Shown one piece after another: positions 57,263 through 64,000 of a stretch of 64,000 nucleotides of DNA. Source of the DNA: Rebecca billardiae RCC1528 (Eukaryota > Protista > Haptophyta); assembly GCA_965240325.2 (NCBI GenBank), contig OZ251240.1, forward strand, positions 682,001-746,000, in the 5' to 3' direction. The translations under genes and the position numbers were made by a program. Below the pieces are notes generated by a model that worked only from the letters and a program-made list of their open reading frames with translations, had not been told where the DNA came from and searched no databases. How positions within the stretch are numbered: position 1 is the stretch's first letter; each line of letters opens with the position of its first letter.

Positions 57263-57686
57263 TATATCTATCATAGTTTCAAAGTAAGTTTCAGCAGCGC
57301 TTATACTGCTACTATATCTCAGTAGCAGTTACACGCGGCATCACTTCATGCGCGTATACTATACATATCTATCTATCTATCTATCTTGATCTATCTATCT
57401 ATCGCTATCTATCTATCTATCGTCTATCTATCTATCTATCTATTATATTGCGTTATTTTTAAAACACAACGGTCGATCATCTGCTACTGATCATCTGATC
57501 TGATATCGTGATCGTCGTCGTCGTCACTGCGCGGAGTCAGTCAGTCAGTCCGAAGGCGCGGCCGCGGAGTGACCGCAACATTTTTAAATAACGTCAGGCC
57601 TGGCACACATCATCTGAGCTCTCCTCTTCGCGAGCGTCGCAGCGCAGCGCGGTGTGGCGGAAGGTGCGACAATCGTGCTGGCGTGC

Positions 57687-58697
57687 TCACAGGCGCGAGA
57701 GGATCTGCTTGAGCTGCGGGTTGCTCTCGAGCGAGCCCTCAGCCTTCACCTCGTCCGGGAAGACATCGTCAGCAGAGAAGTCACCCACCTCGTCGAAGCG
57801 CGCGAGGAAGTCCTCCGGACCGAAAGGGCAGCCGTCCTTGCGCGGGTCGCCGATGTCGAGGTACAGCCCACGGGCCCGCTTGTACTTGACCTCGCCTGCC
57901 CAACCGCCGCCACACTCAAAGATACGCCCAGAGCACGGTGCGTCCTGCGAGGGCGCACGCGCCGCGCGGGAAGGTGCGCGCGGTGGGGGTCACGTGGGCA
58001 CACCTGCTTCGGGAGGCCCGTGGCCCGGGCGGCGACGCACCTCGTGGCACAAGAGTACGATGAACGGGGCGACGTAGTCGGGCTTCCAGGCCGCAACGAG
58101 GTCGGGCGGCATGATGGTGGCAGTCATGGCTGTCCCTGCACCGGGGGCCACCGCGTTTACGCGGATGCCGCGCGACTTCCCCTCCTGAGCCAGCGTCTTG
58201 CTCAGCCCGACGATAGCACTCTTGGCCGCCGAGTAGTTCGCTTGCCCGACCTGGCCGTACAGCCCATTCACGCTGGTGATGTTGACGATGCGCCCGTACT
58301 GCTGCTCGCGCATGTGAGGCCACGCCGCCTTGCACACCGCCCATGTGCCGTGCAGGTGCGTTTTCAGCACCAGGTTCCATTGCTCCGCGCTCATGCGCGC
58401 GAAGGACACGTCGCGCAGAATCCCCGCGTTGTTCACGAGGATATGGATCGCGCCGAAAGCGTCGAGCGCCGTGCGGACGACCGACTCGCCATCGGCCACG
58501 TCCGAGTAATTGCCGACGGCCTGGCCACCTGCTCTCCGGATGAGAGCGACGGTCTCGTCCGCCGCCGCGCGGGAGAAGTCGTTCACGACAACGCGTGCAC
58601 CACGCGCCCCGAGCCCAAGCGCGTACAGCCGGCCCAGGCCGGCGCCAGCGCCGGTGACGATGGCGACTCGATCGTCGAACGTGAGACGAGGCGCCAT
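57687..58697 (-). CDS. Peroxisomal SDR, (3R)-hydroxyacyl-CoA dehydrogenase-like (N-terminal domain of MFE-2/HSD17B4 type); intron 57945-58040
   Basis: VAIVTGAGAGLGR, VVVND, NNAGILRD and GLYGQVGQANYSAAK; ends in SRL* (PTS1). Confidence 0.93.
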
Positions 58698-58758
58698 CGT
58701 GCCGCTCGTCGGCTCGTGGTCGTCGCCGGATATCCGGATTATCCGCAACTTTCCCCCG

Positions 58759-59667
58759 ATGATGGCGCTCGCTCTGGCTCTCGGCGCGCTCGGCGCTGTG
58801 TCGGCGGCGGTCGACCTCGCGCGGCCCTCGGCGCGCGAGACGCCGAGCGCCAAGCAGCTGTCTGCATCGCCAAACATCTGGCTCGCCCCCGCCTTCCTCA
58901 CGGCCGAGGAGGTCTCACACCTGCGCACGCGCGTGCCGGTGGACGAGTCGGCGTACGCGCCGTGCATTGGCCAGCTTGACGAGTTCGACTCGAAGAAGTG
59001 CACATTCGTCCGCGTGGCGGGCGATTCCATGCTCGAGGGCGTGGCCACGCGCCTCAGCCGCGCCTGGAACGTCGACGTCTCGCGCCTCGTGCGCGGCGGC
59101 CTCCCCATCATCCGCTACCTCCCTGGCGCGCCGCCTGTCGGCAAGCATGGCGACGAGGACCGGCACGGCGTGGTGCCCAACGCGACCCTGGTGATCTACC
59201 TCACCGAGTCGTCGGGAGGCAACGGCGCCGGCGGCCAGACGCTCTTCCCCGACGCGGGCGTCGCTGTGACGCCGAGTGCAGGCGCCGTTCTTGCCTTCCA
59301 GAACGTTGACGCGGCTGGCGCACCGCACCCGAAGGCCAAGCACCTCGTGAGCGCCGTGCCGGCCGATGCGAAGGGCGACCGGCTTGTGGTGCAGGTGCCG
59401 ATCGCGTACTGGTCAGGTACGCCTGCTTACGCGTACCCCGAGCACGTGAGCGGCAACAAGAAGCCCGGCGAGCACGAGGCGCTCCACGGCAACGCTTCGC
59501 AGAAGGGAGCGTACGGCGCAGCGGTTGCCGCAGGCGTGTCAATCGCCGTCGCCTTCATGGCGGCCAAGGTGGGCAAGTTCGAGGTGGGCGACGTGCCCGC
59601 GCTCGAGGCGCAGGCCCAGCAGACGGGCGGGTTTAAGCCGGAGGACTTCGAGGTCAAGAAGCAGTGA
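58759..59667 (+). CDS. Secreted 2OG-Fe(II) oxygenase, prolyl-4-hydroxylase-like
   Basis: Signal peptide; LSASPNIW....FLTAEE, HGD, TLVIYL, GGQTLFP and a distal His (KAKH). Confidence 0.85.
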   Translation: MMALALALGALGAVSAAVDLARPSARETPSAKQLSASPNIWLAPAFLTAEEVSHLRTRVPVDESAYAPCIGQLDEFDSKKCTFVRVAGDSMLEGVATRLSRAWNVDVSRLVRGGLPIIRYLPGAPPVGKHGDEDRHGVVPNATLVIYLTESSGGNGAGGQTLFPDAGVAVTPSAGAVLAFQNVDAAGAPHPKAKHLVSAVPADAKGDRLVVQVPIAYWSGTPAYAYPEHVSGNKKPGEHEALHGNASQKGAYGAAVAAGVSIAVAFMAAKVGKFEVGDVPALEAQAQQTGGFKPEDFEVKKQ

Positions 59668-59838
59668 CGACCGACTTGATTACATCCATGCACACATGTG
59701 TCAGTCGGTAATCGTCATGCAGCAGTTGATCACTGGATTCCGACACTGTCACTGGTCACTGGACGGGACAGCCTGAGGGCGGCTTGAGGCGCCGGCCGAT
59801 CGCCATTACTCATTAGGCATCGGCATATACGGCCTTCA

Positions 59839-59964
<126 letters not shown>

Positions 59965-59989
59965 GCGTTGCCAATAATGTCAATGAGAG

Positions 59990-60047
59990 GAGCTAGCAGC
60001 TCGGATGTCACCGAGTAAGAGCTAGCAGCTCGGATGTCACCGAGTAA
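59990..60047. repeat. 29-bp perfect tandem duplication
   Basis: GAGCTAGCAGCTCGGATGTCACCGAGTAA twice. Confidence 0.9.
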
Positions 60048-60291
60048 CAGTATTAAGTAGCAGTTAGAATCGGGACCGCCGCGTGACTCTGACCGAATAA
60101 GCGCGGCGCGCTTACGGTCCGTGCGGCATCTGTCAAGGCAGTAGTATGCCGCGCCATAGTATAGCGGTGCCCAGTAGAAGGCCGGCGTCACTGGCTGGAC
60201 GATGCCGTCGATGCTGACGGCGACGCCTGTCAGGAATCGTCCGATCCGGGGGTACTACAGTCTGCTGATAATGCAGCAGTAGCGCCATGTA

Positions 60292-62217
60292 TTATTGGAT
60301 CATGCGCTTCTTCGAGTCGAAGATGTATCGCCGATAGCGCAAGTCGATGCTCGCGCCGCGGATTTGCTCCTGCACGCCCTTCGCGTCGAGCTCGTGCTCG
60401 GCCAGCTCAACCTTGAACTTGGCCTTGCCGAACGACGACGCGATCGCGCCGCGCAGCGGGCCGATGTGCACCTTCATCCCGACGAACTGGTTGATGTCGG
60501 TGGTCGGCGCGAAGAGGTTGCGCCCGATCACCGTGCTCGCGTCCTGCACGCGGTCCACCTGCCCCTGCTTCAGCTTGTCCTTGTACACCTTGAGCCGCGT
60601 GAGCGTGCCCCCGCCCGCGCCGAGCTCGAGAGGCTCGAGCAGCCGCCCAAAGAAGGCGAGCCTGCAGGCGTTCAGATTGATGTCGGACTCGAGGTGGGAG
60701 GCGATGAGCAGCGCGCCGAGCACGCTGGTGATCGGCTGCTCCAGTTCGAGCACGGCCCACTGCACGTCCGTCGCCTCGGCGCGCAGCTGCTCCTGGAATG
60801 CGTACTCGCGCTCAAAGTCGAAGGGCTCGGTCAGGTCCAGCGTCATCGTGCGCTGCGGAGCGGCGCCGGCTGCAGCGCCGCCCTTGGCATCCGCTCCAGC
60901 TTCGCCAGCCCCGGCCGCGCCGCTGGCCGTCGCCGCGTGCTCGGGCAGCCCGAAGAATGTCGCGCGCGCCATCACCGTCGTGTGACCTGGCGCGTACGAG
61001 AGGGCGAGATGCGCGCGCGCACGCGCTCGGGTGAGTGTCGCCTGGCCTGCGCACCGCTTGGGCCGAGCTCGGCGCGCGCGTCGCACCGACTGTGAGGTGG
61101 AACTTGGCGCCGGTGGTGGACGTGCCCTTGAAGAAGCGGATCGGCCTCACGGCGACGAGCGCCGCGCTCCAGCCGGCCATGCTCCCCGGCGTGCACGCGA
61201 TGCCGCGCTCCAGCTGGTCGGCGCTGAGCTGCGTGACGCACACGCCCACGCGGTCGCCCTGCACCGCGCGCTGCACGGGCCGCTTGAACATCTGCATCGA
61301 CTTCACCTTTCGCTCGAGCTTGAGCTCGGGGAACTCGAGGGTCTGGTTGACGGCGATGCTGCCGGAGATCACCGTGCCCGTGCACACCGTGCCCTGCCCC
61401 TTGATCGGGAAGCAGTGGTCGATCGCGAAGTGCAGCGGGCCCTCCTCCGAGCGCTGCGGCAGCCGCACGCGAGAGCGCATCTCGGACACGAGCTCGGCGA
61501 GCCCGAGGGGCGGCTCGGGGGGCAGGTGCTGGAGGTCGGTGTCGGCGGCACCCTCGACGAACGGGCGCGCGGCGATGACCACCATCGGTGCGTCGTGGAA
61601 CTTCGTCTTCGCCAGCGCCTTCCGGATCCCCTTCTTCATCTTGTCGAGCTTGTCGGCGCGCGTCGGCTCGGGCAGCAGGTCGACCTTGTTCAGCACGACG
61701 ATCATGTGCTCGGCGGTGAGCTCGCCGATAACGAGGCACTCGGCCGTCTGCGTCTGGATGCCCTTGGTCAGGTCGATCACGAGCAGCATCATGTCGATGA
61801 TCTGCGCGCCGCCGATCACCGTGCGGATGAGCGACGCGTGCCCCGGGCAGTCGACCAGCGTGAACTGCAGCTGGTCGTACTCGCCGCCGGCCGCCTCCTT
61901 GATGTGCTCGGGCAGCTCTGCGGTGAACGCGGAGAAGCCGAGGTCGAGCGTGATCCCGCGCTCCTTGCTCTGCGGGTGCTTGTCAAAGCTCGCCGTCGAG
62001 CTCATCGTGCTCAGCGCACGCGCTGCAGGCATGCGCGCCGGGGGGCGTAGGAGCGCAGGGCTCAGCTCGCGAGGGCGGGCGCGTGCGCTCGGGAAGAGAG
62101 GTGCTCAAAGCCCGCGTGGTGCGCACCCAGGCTTGTCTTTCCGCTGTCGACATGGCCAAGCACGCCCACATTCGCGTTGAGAGTCCGCGTGTTCGCGGCG
62201 CCGTCGTCCCCGCCCAT
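60292..62217 (-). CDS. EEFSEC: Selenocysteine-specific elongation factor EFSec; 2 introns (about 62025-62126 and 60986-61089)
   Basis: NVGVLGHVDSGKTSL, ALST..STASFDKHPQSKERGITLDLGFSAF, DCPGHASLIRTVIGGAQIID, DHCFPIKGQGTV.TGT, CRLAFFG, and C-terminal RYIFD..K.MIQ. Confidence 0.96.
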
Positions 62218-62274
62218 CGTGGTGCGCTGCGGCGGCTGGGCGTGACCGAACTACCGCCGAAGCCGTCCACGTGA

Positions 62275-62994
62275 ATGAAGCCCCCACTCGGCATGCAGCG
62301 ATGGTGGACTGCTCTGCCGGCCGGCACGGAAAGATGGCGGACCACGCTGCTCGTGCGACGGCGCAGCACGAAGGCCTGGGTCCAACGGCAGGCGAATGAC
62401 CACTTCGTCGCGCAGGCAAAGCGGCTCGGCCTGCGATCGCGCGCGGCGTTCAAGCTCGACGAGCTCGACAAGAAGCTCGGCTTGCTGCGTGCAGGCGACA
62501 CTGTGCTCGACCTCGGTGCATCGCCTGGCTCGTGGTCGCAGATCGCTGCCGAGCGCGTGGGCAAGGCTGGGCACGTGGTCGCGGCCGATCTGCTGAGCAT
62601 GCAGCCGATCCATCGTGTGCACTCGCTCCAGCTCGACGTCTTCGACGACGATGCGGAGGCCACACTCCGCACGGCCCTCGCCGAGCGCGTGCCGAATGTC
62701 ATCCTGAGCGATATGGCGCCCGACACGTGTGGGATCCGCGACGTGGACCACTGGCGCTCTATCGAGCTCTGCGAGCGCGCGCTCGCGCTTGCCAGGGCAC
62801 TCCTGGCCGACGGCGGCCACCTGGTGTGCAAGCTCTTCGATGGCGGCGACGAGCCGAGACTGCGGAAGCAGTTTACCGCCTGCTTTGCCAAAGTGCGCCG
62901 CGTCAAGCCTGCGAGCTCGCGCAAGGAGTCGCGCGAGCTCTTCGTCGTCGGCACGGGCTTCCACGCGCCAGGCGAATCGGCGCCGATTGTGTGA
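62275..62994 (+). CDS. RlmE/FtsJ-family rRNA 2'-O-methyltransferase (MRM2-like)
   Basis: RSRAAFKL, VLDLGASPGSWSQ, VILSDMAP, CKLF and KPASSRKESRE. Confidence 0.93.
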   Translation: MKPPLGMQRWWTALPAGTERWRTTLLVRRRSTKAWVQRQANDHFVAQAKRLGLRSRAAFKLDELDKKLGLLRAGDTVLDLGASPGSWSQIAAERVGKAGHVVAADLLSMQPIHRVHSLQLDVFDDDAEATLRTALAERVPNVILSDMAPDTCGIRDVDHWRSIELCERALALARALLADGGHLVCKLFDGGDEPRLRKQFTACFAKVRRVKPASSRKESRELFVVGTGFHAPGESAPIV

Positions 62995-63793
62995 GGGGGC
63001 GCAGCGATGCTGGTGGCCGGGTGGCAGCGCACGGCGCTTTGCTTGGGGCCGAGATTCCAGTCTGACTCAGTGGCCAAGCTGAGCCAGCCAGACCAGCTTG
63101 TGCCAGTTTCAGCGGAACTTTGACAGCTCCACCGGAGCCCGAGCTGAGCCCGCGGTAGCGTATTCATGATGATGTGCATACTGATGACGATGATGATGTC
63201 GTAATGATCCGGACTGAGCCGGTGCCGCAATGCATGATTAGAGCTGATGAAAGCAGCTGAATTATAACAATAATAGTTATATGAACGGTCCGGTCCAACT
63301 GTTACTGGCAAACTGTCACTGTGAGTCCGACTGCTCACTCACTGCGTGCGACGACGCGACTCTCACGGCTCACGCCGCACTAGCCGTCGTAGCGCGCGGC
63401 CCGCGGGCAGTCTCACCGCGCAGCCCCGGCGGTGCCGAGATAGCCTCTCAGCAAGCTGGTCAGAGTGGCAGGCCTGAACGGGCTACTCAGCATAGCACGC
63501 CCTGTCCGAGTAGTACAGGCTACACTGTCTGTCTCCGAGTACGACACTCTAGTCTCTTATACCGAGCCGTCCCGCGACCGTGCCGATGGCAACGAGTACT
63601 TACGGCTAGTGCCTACAGTCGGGCCTGACCGGCCAGTGAGACTCACTGGCCAGGCCTGAAGCTCATCAGTGACATCACGCGCACCGCGTGGTAGCTTCGG
63701 TGATCAACATTTATACTCAGTACTCACTCCTAGTGAGTCCTACCGTAAGCTTCTAAGTATTACTCGTCAGTAGTTATAATAGGTTCCGAGTAC

Positions 63794-64000
63794 TCAGTAG
63801 TCAGAGCCCGAGCGCTTGATCAGCCCGCTCTCGCGGTAGAACGTGCAGCCAGCGCGCAGGGCGAGGTAGAGCAGGAAGCCGCACGGCCCCGCGAACATCG
63901 TGCTGAGCAGGCATGGCACGACGAGCAGGTGCGGCACGCGCCAGAGCAGCCCCTTCGAGTCCACCTTGATCTTGTTCGCGTCCTCCACGATCGATCGCGC
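63794..64000 (-). CDS. 3' end of an ABA4/DUF4281-like membrane protein (partial)
   Basis: EDA...PHLLVVPCLLSTMFAGPCGFLLYLALR matches the C-terminal GP.G.L.Y...R pattern. Confidence 0.7.
   Translation of the reverse strand, partial: ARSIVEDANKIKVDSKGLLWRVPHLLVVPCLLSTMFAGPCGFLLYLALRAGCTFYRESGLIKRSGSDY

Noticed and set aside
60292-62217. Selenoprotein gene, SECIS element or tRNA-Sec clustered with EFSec
   Set aside because: I could not recognise an in-frame UGA in a conserved protein, a convincing SECIS or a tRNA. A tRNAscan/SECISearch run would be needed to exclude them.

Overview
GC-rich eukaryotic genomic DNA with short GC-rich GT-AG introns and bipartite plastid-targeting leaders. This is consistent with a haptophyte or similar alga; the taxon is my inference. 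About 20 protein-coding genes can be supported: PEN-2, an Afi1/SPA protein, SUMO, CREG, a coiled-coil protein, PSMD5-like, Mpv17, an HRDC protein, PEBP, an HA-repeat/DUF1995 fusion, an AP2 factor, a 6TM-CHAT fusion, cysteine synthase, a methyltransferase, a peroxisomal SDR, a P4H-like oxygenase, EFSec, RlmE/FtsJ, a partial ABA4-like gene, and two paralogous RTX-like surface-protein genes. Fourteen of these form seven tight head-to-head pairs. Roughly 33.7-57.3 kb is a nest of DNA-transposon derivatives: a 6-kb pogo-type element with cargo, foldback elements (one with a 7-bp TSD), and two fused long-TIR foldbacks. The most notable items are (i) RTX-like paralogs whose exons look more diverged than their introns, both lying next to the same foldback arm in a large inverted arrangement; (ii) an adenylyl-cyclase-type 6TM module fused to a CHAT caspase-like protease; and (iii) a plastid-targeted helicase-associated-repeat/DUF1995 fusion. 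Most long ORFs in the supplied track are antisense or GC-content artefacts. All assignments come from motif recognition by eye; no searches were run.
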